From Peribolospora baueri (Eukaryota): 64,000 nt of DNA. How positions within the stretch are numbered: position 1 is the first letter of the stretch; each line of letters starts with the position of its first letter. The notes beneath the pieces are model-generated. The model was given only the letters and a program-made list of their open reading frames with translations, was not told the DNA's origin and searched no databases. Where the stretch lies: assembly GCA_029717555.1 (NCBI GenBank), contig JAMDHS010000023.1:62001-126000 (forward strand), in the 5' to 3' direction. Both the position numbers and the translations under genes were made by a program. Below, one piece after another: positions 39,694-51,114 of the stretch.

Positions 39694-40175
39694 AGTCTCC
39701 TACGGGCGTGCGATTATTTTTTTTTCCCTTTCTTTCACAGAGACGCACCCCTCCTGGCTGTGGCTCGAGTTGGTCCTCCTTGTCCTAGCCCTCTAAAGAG
39801 GGTTATTTCTGTTTGGTCCATTCACCCAGCCAAGCTTCCTTACCCTTGCTATTTTACTTCTCCAGTATATCCCTTTTTAGTTATACGTGCTCTAACACTT
39901 TAATGTGAATTAGTAGCTTTGCACGAGGGAGCACAAAATCAAAACTCGTCCCACTCGGGGGTATGAGGCCGTTGTCACTACCTACGCAACTTTCAGCGCC
40001 AGACCGACCCTCTCTTCCTTCGCACTCTGCCTAGATGGGGGCCGCTAAGGAGCCGTCCAGTTTGGTCTACGCCAAAGTCGAGTCGATGCGTCAGTCCGTC
40101 CAAGGCGGTCAAGTCCTACCAAAGTGTGGCAATGACAAGGAATGTTCCTGGCGCGGCTACCGCGCCTCCTTGACC

Positions 40176-41514
40176 TCAGTCAAACTCCTTCCAAACGATG
40201 ATCGCGTCCACGTACTCCTCCTCCCCGTCCGATCCCTTCTTCTTTAGCCTCCCCGCACGCGGGATGCGTCCCACCCTCTCAAAACCAAGTTTATCCCAGA
40301 TCCTGAATAAACAGGAGGGTCAATAAAGTCAGAGACGGCCGAGTCAGTCGACGCGAGCGGCGGACGGATTTGATGGGAATAGACGGGCCCGGACGGCGTG
40401 ATCTCACTTCAAAGATGGGGTGTTGTTGGAATACACGAGGTTGAACACCGACGCACGGTACCCTGCTCGCGTTGTCAGCGTCGACGGTAAAACAGAAAGA
40501 AGACGGGGTGAAGGTGGAGAAGGTCAGCGGACCCGGCCCTTCGATCTGACAGGGCGGGACGGTGGAGCCCTTGGTCGATATCGCGGGACCCACCCAGACG
40601 CGGAGCATAGTAAAGGTACGACCGACCCAGGGCGGTGCCCACGCCTGAGCCGCCGTGAGTGGGGTCAACAATAAAGCCGGCGTTACAGTTCTGGGACAGC
40701 ACATTTTCATCAAAGAAAGGCATCACTGAGCCGAGTGGAGCTCAAGGTGACGGTTAACAGCGATAGAGAGGAGGCGACAAGAGATACGAACATGTGAACT
40801 CCGTCCCGGGTAGTTTGGCTTCACCTAGATTAGCCAAGAACGGCCAAGGTTCAAGGGAGGAGGAGACATCTGCTCGTCAGCTCAACCTCCCGGAATACAC
40901 ATGTGAGAGAGGAGCAGCGCATCTCCCCTCGCTATTGCCCGTCGCGAGCAGGAAGCAAGTGGTGGCGAATAATCTATATTGCACTCACCTTCGACGTACA
41001 AAAGCGAGAGAGCCGGGCAATTGTCAGGATATCGCGAAGGGTGGAGAGGTGAGCACCACGGCGACGACGGACTCACGTAGTAGAACCCTCCCAAGACTTC
41101 TCCCCACGGCCGCTCTCCCTTGTACCTCTCCAGGAACGTTTTCACGTTGTCTCCTTCCCGCAACCTGTTCTCCACTCCCTCCTCCGCCACGCTCCCTCCC
41201 AACCCCTCCTCTGCCTCCCGGTGTCCCCAAAGCACGCCTACAAAGACGTCGTACGCGAAGAAGTACGCTTCGAACTCGCTCACGGACATGGGCCCCTCTT
41301 GAGGGTAGGTGTTTCCGCGCTCTAGCTCGGCTGAAAAGAGGCCATGGAGGTGGTCCACGAGGGAGGATGGAGTGGTGGAGAGGGTTAAAGGGAGGGCGAG
41401 GAGCGCTTGCTTGGAGGAAGAAGAGGCGGAGGGCAAGGTGCGGAGGGGGTAGAGGCGAGGGTGGAGAGCGACGGGGGCGATGGCGGGGCGAGGGATGGTC
41501 CCGTAGGCGGACAT
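40176..41514 (-). CDS. GNAT acetyltransferase, Mpr1/Spt10-like (L-azetidine-2-carboxylate acetyltransferase family)
   Basis: Spliced ELERGNTYPQ, FEAYFF, GGFYY|VKPNYPGRSSH|NCNAGF, G..LGRSYL.YAPRLG|YRASVFNLVY.NN..SLK|IWDKLGF.RVGRIPRAGRL, YVDA. Confidence 0.9.
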
Positions 41515-42115
41515 TGTGGAGGAGCGAGAGCGTAGGAAAGAAAGGGGAGAGACGGACGCGAGCGGGAGCCGTTGTAGTCGGCGTTGAGAAACCACTCCTC
41601 CTCCAACAAGTCGCACCTTGATCCTGCTTCCCCCACTCGTGCGTCGTGGACGCTGGCACGGATCGGCACGCACGTGGGAGTGTCGCCGTCGTCGTACAGT
41701 CGCTGATCAAGACTACTTCCGCTCACAAACTTATGTAGCCCGCCTCGAGCTCGCTTTCGTTCCAACTTGTACAACAGAGAGGGAGGTGCGACTGGTACGC
41801 TGCAAGGCTCGCTTTCAGAGACCTCACCCGATATAACACCTATGCCTCACTTCTTAACCCTACATAAGTTTTTCAGCGGTAGAACGAAAGCGAACTTGAG
41901 GCGGGCGACGGTGACGCGCCCACGAAGAACTAACTTGTACGATAGAGAGAGAGGCACGACGGAAGAGAGGGGAGAGGGGGTGTTACGTTGTGCGAGGCAG
42001 TAGGATGCGCGATGACGCATCGTCACGTGCTTACGATAGGTGCTGTGCTCACTCACCACTGCCACACCGCTCTCGAGAAGCAACCAAGGCCCGCCTCTCT
42101 ATGTGTGCAGTTCCT

Positions 42116-43153
42116 CTACACGGCAACTCCCGGAACATCCCACAGTGTCCCGTCCGCAGCGCGGTCCCTCATCCATTCCTGAACAATGCGGATGCAATCG
42201 TTGTCGAAAACGTCGGGCTCTTGCCACTCGACGGTGACTTGGACTATCTCGAGTCTGCTCGCCGGCGACCCTGCATTGCGTGAGGAAGCCCTGACTATGG
42301 TTTCCCTTAGCACCTTGCGCACCACCATCCAACCTGGGTTCGTGAAACCGCAGACTCCAGAGACATTGATGAAGGCGATGCGGCGCAGGCCCCCGTCGCC
42401 GCCTGGGCCTTCTGCCAAGCGCAAAAAGGTTTTGAAAGCAGGAAAGTGTAAGGGATCGTCGCTACGCCCGTCATCCAAGTCGGGGCGAGCGAAGAAGAGG
42501 TGGGTGAGCGTGCGAGGGTAAGCGTGAGCGTGCCTCGCCACGTCCTCGGCGAGCTTCAATGACACAATCGGGTTGTACAGCGCCAGCCGCCGAAGCTTGG
42601 GCCAGGCGGGCCAGACCTCCGGTTGGTGCACCTCTGGCCATTCCGGGGAAGCGTCGAGAAAGAGCTCGTCTTGCGCAGAGCAGAACTCTCTTATGTGTTT
42701 CAATCGTTCGAAGACGTGTCGCAGGAGGGGCCGTATACCGTTGGTGTCGTCTTCCGGGTATAAGAAACGGAGGGGGATGTCGATCACAAGGCGCTCCAGG
42801 GTGTCTGCGACGACGCCGAGCAAATTGACCGTGTGCTTCGACGTGGTGAGGTCCAGCTCGTCTCTCGGCGTAAATGGACGCAAGACGAGCGCGGAGACGT
42901 GCCGCGCTAGCCGTCCGTCCGTGTCTGCGCCCAGCGTGCGGCAAAGAAGGGCGATCCGAAGGGGAGTGTCGACATAGACACAGCGTGAGTAGAGCAGCCG
43001 AGCGGCAGTGGAGTGGAGTGCGGAAGAGACGAGACAGAGCGAGAGCAGCGTGCGGGTGGTCGGATGGGAGGCAGGGTGGGCAACCGCCCTGGGAGCGTCG
43101 TCGACGTGCGACACGATGAGCAGCAGCACCTCGACGGGCAGTTCGACGGCCAT
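42116..43153 (-). CDS. Intronless F-box-like protein (345 aa)
   Basis: N-terminal ELPVEVLLLIVSHV...TLLSLCLVS...AARLLY F-box pattern, then LRR-like segments (LERLVIDIPLR, WPKLRRLALYN, LTHLFF). Confidence 0.8.
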   Translation of the reverse strand: MAVELPVEVLLLIVSHVDDAPRAVAHPASHPTTRTLLSLCLVSSALHSTAARLLYSRCVYVDTPLRIALLCRTLGADTDGRLARHVSALVLRPFTPRDELDLTTSKHTVNLLGVVADTLERLVIDIPLRFLYPEDDTNGIRPLLRHVFERLKHIREFCSAQDELFLDASPEWPEVHQPEVWPAWPKLRRLALYNPIVSLKLAEDVARHAHAYPRTLTHLFFARPDLDDGRSDDPLHFPAFKTFLRLAEGPGGDGGLRRIAFINVSGVCGFTNPGWMVVRKVLRETIVRASSRNAGSPASRLEIVQVTVEWQEPDVFDNDCIRIVQEWMRDRAADGTLWDVPGVAV

Positions 43154-43786
43154 GCCGCCGCCGCGCGGATACTAGTCGAACGAGTGGTGAAAAGGTCTAA
43201 GTAGGTAGCTTCGAAGCCAAGGGAGCGCCGGTAGAGGTGTTTGTCTTCTCCATGAACCACCACCGCCCGCTGCGCCCAGTCGTCGTCGTCCGTCATCTGT
43301 CGGGCACATATTGTGGCTACTGTATGACGAACTGCGGCAAGCCGCGAGACAGAGACATCCCGCCTGTCACGGAGAATTTGTGGTGGCCATCCACCAGACG
43401 CGCTCGCGAGCCTCCATATAGCCCCGGTCAGCGTCTAGGACGCCGCCGAGTTCTGCCGGGAATTTCTCTTCGCGATCCCGCTACAAGCACCAAAGGAGCT
43501 GGCCTCAGGCGAGTCAGCAGACGACGAGATCAGGTGCCAAAGCACCGTGCGTGCTGTGCTGACGGCAAGGGTGCACAGGCCGAATGACGTCCTCCAAGCG
43601 GCGAGCCTGCGCGTGGTGGTGATGGTAGTAGTACCATACGGGCTTAACGCCACCTACCGCCTCCGCATCTTCGCAAGCAGCGAGCTCGCGCGAAGGCGGC
43701 AGACATCGCCCTGAAGCTTATCTACTCGCATAAGAGCGCAACGAAACGGACGCCACCCAGGCTTCTTGGGAAAGATCGCAAGTACA

Positions 43787-43794
43787 TATATATA
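43787..43794 (+). promoter_or_regulatory. TATA-like element upstream of the putative secreted-protein pseudogene
   Basis: tatatata about 100 nt upstream of ATG 43895 in otherwise GC-rich DNA. Confidence 0.4.
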
Positions 43795-43894
43795 GGCACG
43801 GGGAGCGCCTGGCCGTTTACGCTCATGTTTCCCCATTCATTCTCTCTTTCGCTGCGCGCTCTGCTCACCTAAGGTCATCTAATCTTGGCTCAAG

Positions 43895-44332
43895 ATGAAG
43901 TCTTTCACCCCTTCCGCGTCCTCCTCGTGGCTGCCGCCGTCGTTCCGGCCGCAGGCATCGCCATCGCTGAGCGGGCACCAAGTGAGTGAGGACGGGCGGC
44001 CACTCGCTGGCTCGGCCGATGACGGACGCTGAGATCGTGTGAACCACTTCGTTCGCAGCGTTGTGGATAGCGTGCGAGGGCCAGTATTTCAAGATAAGCA
44101 TACTCACCTCCTCGAGCTTCGGCTCGAATTGACCACCTGTCGTTCTATTCCCCCGGCACCGTCAAGGTCAACCCCAGAGGTGCCGGTTGCAACGGACCCG
44201 ACGCCCGACGGTGCCACCAACGCCGTGAATCGGAACGATAACGCTAGCAACTTCGATGACACCCTCCTGATGCTCCTCAACGACGAATGCGCCAAGTCTG
44301 ACTCTTTCTGTACTAAAGACGAATTTGCCTAG
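43895..44332 (+). pseudogene. Probable decayed small secreted Cys-containing protein gene
   Basis: Adding one base in the CCCC run restores the signal-peptide-like MKSFTPFRVLLVAAAVVPAAGIAIAERAP. Intact intron at 43982-44058. The second donor reads ATAAGC instead of GTAAGC (44094). A further frameshift is needed to reach the ECAKSDSFCTKDEFA* tail. Confidence 0.55.
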
Positions 44333-44685
44333 TCGCGAATTTGGATCCCCTCCGACGTTCATCACGATGCGGTCCGACGAGGGAAATTTCGCATCAGGCC
44401 ATTTCTCGGCGGACTGGCTCGACCACCGCTGATGCTGTCTATGTCAGGGAAGGACCATCTTAAAGAGTCTCCAAATGCGAGCGACGCGAGCGCGTCTCCC
44501 CATCGTAACACCGTTGCAGCACTCCACACGCTCTCCGTGGCCCTCGATCTTTTACTGCCACCTCCTACTAGTTTCGTTCTTGCCTCCTTAACACCCCACC
44601 CGGTGTTCTTTTCGCGCCTGAACTGTGCTGAATCGCGTTATAGTCCCACTGTATGCATACAACGTCTATGATCACAGCGACGAGT

Positions 44686-45780
44686 TCACGACGACGTATG
44701 AATCCTTGCCCTCCTATCCCGCTTCTCCATCCTGCTCCCCTTATCCCAGGCGTCCCAGACTCTCTTCCTCTCCTTCATTCCCTCCTCCCCGGCCTTGCTC
44801 AAAACGCCCGCCACGAGCTCGACCGTCCTCACCGAGTCGTCGTTCGCCGGAATGGCGTACGTGACCAGCCGAGGGTCCACGTCTGTGTCGATGATGCCGA
44901 TCGTGGGCACACCCACCAGGTTGGCCTCGCGGATGGCGTGCACGTTCTCGAGCGGATTGAGGATGACGAGAAGGTCGGGAAGGAGCTTGTACGTCGCCTT
45001 CAGCGGATCCTCCCCGGCCAAACGTGCCTGTTCCCGAGCTTCTGCCGACGCGGAATCCTGTCGTCCGCTCGCCTCGGCGGCGGCAGCCGCGGCGGCAAAT
45101 GTGGTGGTGAGCGTAGGGGCGAGCAGCTTGGCCGCGTTGGTCAGCACGCCAGGCATCCATTTGTGCGTCGTTACGTGGAAGCCGTTCCTCCCCAGCCTCT
45201 GTGCGGCGCGCAACACGACTGGCTTGTGACCTTCTCGCGTGCCTACGAACACCACCACACCGTCCGCCTTGACCACGCCCTTGACCACCTCGGCGGCGCG
45301 TCGCAGCGCCGGCAGGGTGGCTCTCTCGAGGTCAATGATCGCCTGTCCGTGTCGGGTGCCGTAAACAAAAGGGGTGTTCGTAGGCGAGAAGGAAGTCATG
45401 TTGTGCCCCATCTGCGCCTGGGCCGCCAGAAGGTGGGACACGGTGACTTGGGACGGGGAGGGAGGAGCGGAGACGGCCTTGTGTGGCCGAAAGGACGAAG
45501 AGCGGTTCTGCGTCGACCCGAGCTGGTTAAACAGTTCAATGACTGGAAAGACAAATAAAAGGGGGTATCGTCGTCAGTTCAATTCCACCTCGCCCTCCCT
45601 GGGTCGTCTCGTCGTGAGACAAGCTGGCCGCACACGTAGGACGACCTCGAGCAAGGCCGGTTCGAATAGACAGTTGATCGCACTACACTCACTCTTCCCT
45701 CGCTGGGGTTCGAAGCCCGCCTCCGGTGCTCGGCCGCTCGTCGCGGCCTCCCGCAGGAGACGCGCTGTGGATTTGAGCAT
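44686..45780 (-). CDS. MRP4: Mitochondrial ribosomal protein uS2m
   Basis: LLAAQAQMGH, PFVYGTRHGQAIIDLE, VVFVGTR, KWMPGVLTN, PDLLVILNPLEN..AIREA...VPTIGIIDTDVDP..VTYAIPANDDS. One 5' intron. Confidence 0.93.
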
Positions 45781-45986
45781 GAGTGCGAGGGAGAGGCAGA
45801 GGCGAAGGACCGATGTGGAGACGAGCGCCGTCCGTCCGGACCGGAAGGAGTGGAGATGAACCGTTCGAAGCTGGAAGTTTGCCTTTGCCTTTGCCTTGCC
45901 GCCCGCCTCGACCGATGATCACGGACGGACATTCTGCTGCGTCGGGACGCTCTCAAGCGGAGATACGCGGTCGTCGGACCGCGTGC

Positions 45987-45995
45987 AAATTTTTC
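45987..45995 (+). promoter_or_regulatory. RRPE-like element (AAATTTTTC) in the MRP4/SSB1 divergent promoter
   Basis: Matches the AAAWTTTT core of the ribosome-biogenesis RRPE motif and sits in GC-rich context upstream of a ribosome-associated chaperone gene. Confidence 0.35.
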
Positions 45996-46173
45996 GAGCC
46001 ACCTTTCTTCCTCCTCGGGTCGGGTGCGCCGTCAGGTGTCTTCGAGCCAGACGTTCCTGCTCTCCTCCTTCTTTCACCACCTTCACCACCTCCACCTCAT
46101 CTCTTCATCCCTCCTTCTCGCCACCGCCACCTGTCCTCTCCTTCCCTCCTCTGCTCTCTCACTAAAAATAAAA

Positions 46174-48438
46174 ATGGCCGCGGAAGACGTTTTCGAAGGT
46201 GCCATCGGTGAGCAGTCGCGCTTGTCGGCCAAGATGCATCTCTCCCATGGGAGAACATTGTCGGCCACCTCGAAGAGACGTTTCGCTGTTTACATTGATC
46301 ACATCGTTTTTTCCGCTTGCAGGCATCGACCTCGGTACCACTTTCAGCTGCGTTGGTGTCTGGATGAACGACCGCGTCGAGAGTGAGTCGTCCTTCTTCT
46401 CTGCTTCCTGCTCATTCGCTGTTATGATGGCCTCGCGCTCGGCTCTGACATTGCGTCTTGACTTATTCACCTCCAGTCCTCGCCAACGACCAGGGTAACC
46501 GCACCACCCCTTCGTACGTCGCCTTTACCGACTCCGAGCGTCTCATCGGTGACGCTGCCAAGAACCAGGCCGCCATGAACCCTTCCCAAACCATCTTCGA
46601 CGCTAAGCGTCTCATCGGTCGCCGATTCGATGACCCCGATGTGTGAGTAGGAAGTGTGGTCGATCTCATGAGCGTGGATGCTTTCGCTGACCCTGTGGCC
46701 ACGCCACCGTACTATCTCCCGTCTTTAACCTCTTTTAGCAAGAAGGACATGCAGTCGTGGCCCTTCAAGGTCGTTGACAAGGACGGCTCGCCCTTCATTG
46801 AGGTCAGCTACCTCGAGCAGACTCGCCAGTTCTCCCCCCAGGAGATTTCCTCCATGGTCCTCATCAAGATGAAGGAGATCGCTGAGGCCAAGATCGGCAA
46901 GGAGGTCAAGAAGGCCGTCATCACCGTGCCCGCCTACTTCAACGACTCTCAAAGGCTCGCCACCAAGGACGCCGGCACCATCGCCGGTCTCGACGTCCTC
47001 CGTATCATCAACGAGCCCACCGCCGCCGCCATTGCTTACGGTCTCGACTCCAAGTCCAAGACGGAGAAGAACGTGCTCATCTTCGACTTGGGCGGCGGTA
47101 CCTTTGACGTTTCCCTCCTCAACATCACTGGCGGCGTGTTCGCCGTCAAGGCCACCGCCGGTGACACTCACTTGGGTGGTGAGGACTTCGACAACGCTCT
47201 TCTCAACCACTTCAAGGCCGAGTTCACGCGCAAGCACAAGCTCGACATCTCCGACGACGCTAGGGCCCTCCGCCGTCTCCGCTCCGCTTGCGAGCGTGCC
47301 AAGCGCACTCTCTCTTCGGTCACTCAGACCACCATTGAGGTCGACTCGCTCTACCAGGGTACCGACTTCCAGGCCAACATCACCCGTGCCCGTTTCGAGG
47401 AGATCAACGCTGCGACGTTCAAGAGCACTATTGAGCCGGTCGCCAAGGTGCTCAAGGACTCCAAGATCCCGGCGGACAAGGTGGACGACATCGTGCTCGT
47501 CGGTGGTTCCACTCGTATCCCCAAAATCCAGAGCCTCGTCTCCGAGTTCTTCGGCGGCCGCCAGCTCAACAAGTCGATCAACCCCGACGAGGCCGTCGCT
47601 TACGGTGCCGCCGTCCAGGCCGCCGTGCTGACGAACCAGACGTCTGACAAGACCGCCGACCTTCTCCTCCTCGACGTCGCTCCTCTCTCGCTCGGTGTCG
47701 CCATGCAGGGTGACGTCTTCGGTGTTGTCGTTCCCCGCAACACGCCCATCCCCACCAACAAGAGCCGCACGTTCACCACCGTCGAGGACAACCAGACCCA
47801 GGTCACCTTCCCCGTTTACGAGGGCGAGCGCACTCAGTGCCGCGACAACCGTCTCCTCGGAGAGTTCGAGCTCAACGGCATCCCCCCCATGCCGCGCGGC
47901 CAGGCCGAGCTGGTGTGCACTTTCGAGATTGACGCCAACGGCCTGCTCAAGGTGTCTGCCGTCGACAAGGCCTCCGGTCGCAAGGCCGGTGTTACCATCT
48001 CCAACTCTGTTGGTCGTCTCTCATCCGCTGAGATTGACCAGATGATCAAGGACGCTGAGCAGTTCAAGCAGGCTGGTGAGTGGGCGATTTTGGTACGATC
48101 GGGAGAGACGTTCCGTTCATCGCGCTAGAGACAGCTGGATTCGTTCGTTGAACTGATCAATTCCTTTCCACCGCCTTTTTTCTCACATAGACAAGGACTT
48201 CTCTGCCAAGCACGAGGCCAAGTCCGACCTTGAGGCATACATCCACCAAGTCGAGGCTACTCTTTCCGGCCCGCAGTCTCTCTCCTTCAAGCGCGGTCAG
48301 AAGATGGCCGTCGAGACGGAGCTGGCCAAGGCTTTGGAGAAGCTCGAGATCGAGGACTCTTCGGCTGATGAGCTCAAGAAGTCGCAGCTCACCATCAGGA
48401 GGGCTATGCAGAAGGCCATGGCGGGCATGACCCGCTAA
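46174..48438 (+). CDS. SSB1: Ribosome-associated Hsp70 (Ssb type)
   Basis: [69 protein letters not shown]. Ends KAMAGMTR with no EEVD, as in Ssb. Strong C-ending codon bias. Confidence 0.97.
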
Positions 48439-48633
48439 GCTCCCTTCGGATTCATCACCCCTCCATCCCATCATAGATGCTCCCTCACCTCGCTGGCTCG
48501 TCCACAAACCCGCCGTCTAGGCTCTTCCGTTCCCCCTTTTCCACACTTCTCGCCTGCATTGTACGATCCCGCTACGATACTCAGGGGACCCTCCATCTTC
48601 CATCCGTCGAATCCATCATCTTAACGACTCGCT

Positions 48634-48745
48634 TCCCTCTTTCCATCCTCTCTTCTCTCTCTTTTCTCCCTCTCTCCCTCTCTCCCTCTCTCCCTCTCTC
48701 CCTCTCTCCCTCTGTCCCTCTCTCTCTCTCTCGCGCTCTCGCTCT
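48634..48745 (+). repeat. CT-rich microsatellite/polypyrimidine tract downstream of SSB1
   Basis: (ctctcc)n/(ct)n run read directly. Confidence 0.9.
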
Positions 48746-49003
48746 GTTTTCCCCTCGCTCGCACCATCCGAGCATATCCGACGCCGCGTGTTTCGGGCCG
48801 GCTAGCTAGCTGTGATGGGTTGTGGCGAATGGAATTGACGACGGAAAAGAAGTTGTTTAACGAGTTTGAACGCGGTGACGACTCTACGACCGATGGATGA
48901 TGGATTGTTTTGATCGGAAGGCGCGGCCAGATCATCAAATCGTTAGAAGAGAAGCGGAGGACGACCTCCACTGTTTCCGCCCACCACGTAGGCACGGACG
49001 ACA

Positions 49004-50720
49004 ATGGACATGATGACAAGGGCACCGGTCTCTTTCGCTGCCCTCACCCGTGTTCTCGTTCGCCCTCTTGCCACCGCCGGCCGTAGTAATGCACCCCGAC
49101 TTTCGCCCCAGAGAAGGGCCATCTCTTCGTCCACGACATGGGAGCATGAAAACCCTTTGGTGAGCACTTGAGGTAACTGGGCGGACGGAACAGGTCGGCC
49201 TTGTGCTGCCTACATGTCCTTCTCGAGGTCTCAATCTCGATTTTGAACCACCTTCCCAATACTTTTTTGCTGCCATCGACTTCCTAGGGCCTACCCCGCT
49301 CCGGCACGTCACCGCCGCCCACGATGCCCCGGCGCGGGAAAGGCGGCCCGCCAGAGAAGAGGCCTATCCCGCATGTCAAGAAGGTTGTCGCGGTGGCGAG
49401 CGGCAAGGGAGGGGTGGGCAAGAGTACCGTCGCCGGTGAGCGCCATCGAGCATCGCAAGCCACCTTACCGTCGGCGGATTCTCATCCCTTTTCTTGCCTT
49501 TCCTCTTCAGCCAATCTGGCTCTCGCTCTCTCTCTCACCGCTAACTCTCCGCGGCGAGTTGGCCTCCTGGACTTAGATATCTTTGGGCCGAGCGTGCCAA
49601 AGCTGATGGGTCTCGAAGACGCGGGGGAGCCCGAATTGACGGAGGGTACGCGCTTCTTCCCGCCTCTCTTTCCTCTCCTTTTCCTTTGGAGAAGAATGGA
49701 GCACGAGGAGGGGGATGCGCTGCGAATCGCATGCTCTGTTATTTTAAACTACGTGCTGACCTTCGATTTGCATCTCCGACCACTCCCTTCCTCTTGCCTT
49801 ACCTGCTTTCACACAGCTGGGGCTTTACTTCCTTTGACAAACCACTCCATTCCATGCATGTCCATGGGCTTCCTCCTCCCCCCTTCCGCTGGCGGGTCCA
49901 ACGCTGATACGCCGGTGGTGTGGAGGGGTCTCATGGTCATGAAGGCCGTGCAACAGCTGCTCTTTGATGTCGACTGGGGGGCCAGCGCTAGAGCGGCTCC
50001 CACCAGTGTGGGCACCGGAGGGGGTGATGGAGCCGCTGGACAAGAAAGTGGGGACGGTCTCGACGTACTCGTCATCGATATGCCTCCTGGTACCGGAGAC
50101 GTGGCCCTGAGCTTGAGCCAGCTCGTGAAGGTGGACGGTGAGCAGCTTATTTCCGTTCCGACCTTCAGCTTTTCTGTACCCCGTCGACAAGCCGTCCTGT
50201 TCTCGGACCCGAGCTGAGCTTCGACTCGTCTATGCTATGAACCTGTCGTCTGGCCGTTCGCAGGCGCGGTTATCGTTTCAACACCGCAGGACGTCGCCCT
50301 CGTGGACGCCCGGAAGGGCGTGTCCATGTTCCAAAAGGTCGATGTACCCGTGAGTGTTCCTCGTCCTTGTTCTGCATTCGCGCACCCTCGCCGTGACTGA
50401 TATCGCTCTTCGTGCGCTCACGCCGACATACCATACCGATCGACCAGATCCTCGGTCTCGTCCTCAACATGACGCATTTCATCTGTCCCTCCTGCTCCAC
50501 GCCGCATCCCCTCTTCGGCCCATCCACCTCGTTCGACGCCCTCGCCGACAAGCTACGCGCCCCCGTCCTGGGCAGGATTCCCGTCGAGCCGGATGTAAGC
50601 TCGGGAGGAGATCGCGGCTGGCCCGTCGTGCTCAAGGGCGAGAGGAGAGAGGGTGTGGAGGGCGCGAAAGCGGTGTTTGAAGGGGTGGGAAGGCAGGTTT
50701 GGCAGAGGTTGGGAATGTGA
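49004..50720 (+). CDS. IND1: Mitochondrial Mrp/Nbp35-family P-loop Fe-S carrier (Ind1/NUBPL)
   Basis: Presequence then [73 protein letters not shown], and CPSC. Confidence 0.93.
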
Positions 50721-51114
50721 TGTCAGGCGATTTTGCATTCGTCATAGGACGCTGCGCGAAACCTTTCCTATACAGTTGCCTCGCCTTAACTTTGCTAGAG
50801 AGCTTTGGCGCCAGACCACGAAAGCCGGCCGCTCTGCCCCCATCGCGCTGGGGGCCAGTTCCCCTGACTTCAAGCCATGTCATGACCAAGTTCGACTCTC
50901 GCAGCTCACATGGCTCAAAGGTAGATTAGGCAAGAAAACATCATGCGTCTCGAAATGCTCATGTGGAAGACAAGAAAAGGTACTGTAACAGGGGTGTCGA
51001 CGGAACAGGAAACAAGAATCCTGACTGCGAAACCATCAAGAAATCACCAGATGTGTTCATGTACTCCTTTGAAAGAGCACACCGCTACGGATCGCCGTTG
51101 ACCGACACTGCCAA

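Noticed and set aside
46208..46738. Intronic C/D snoRNAs in SSB1 or the translation-factor genes
   Set aside because: I found no properly spaced RUGAUGA...CUGA pair with a terminal stem.
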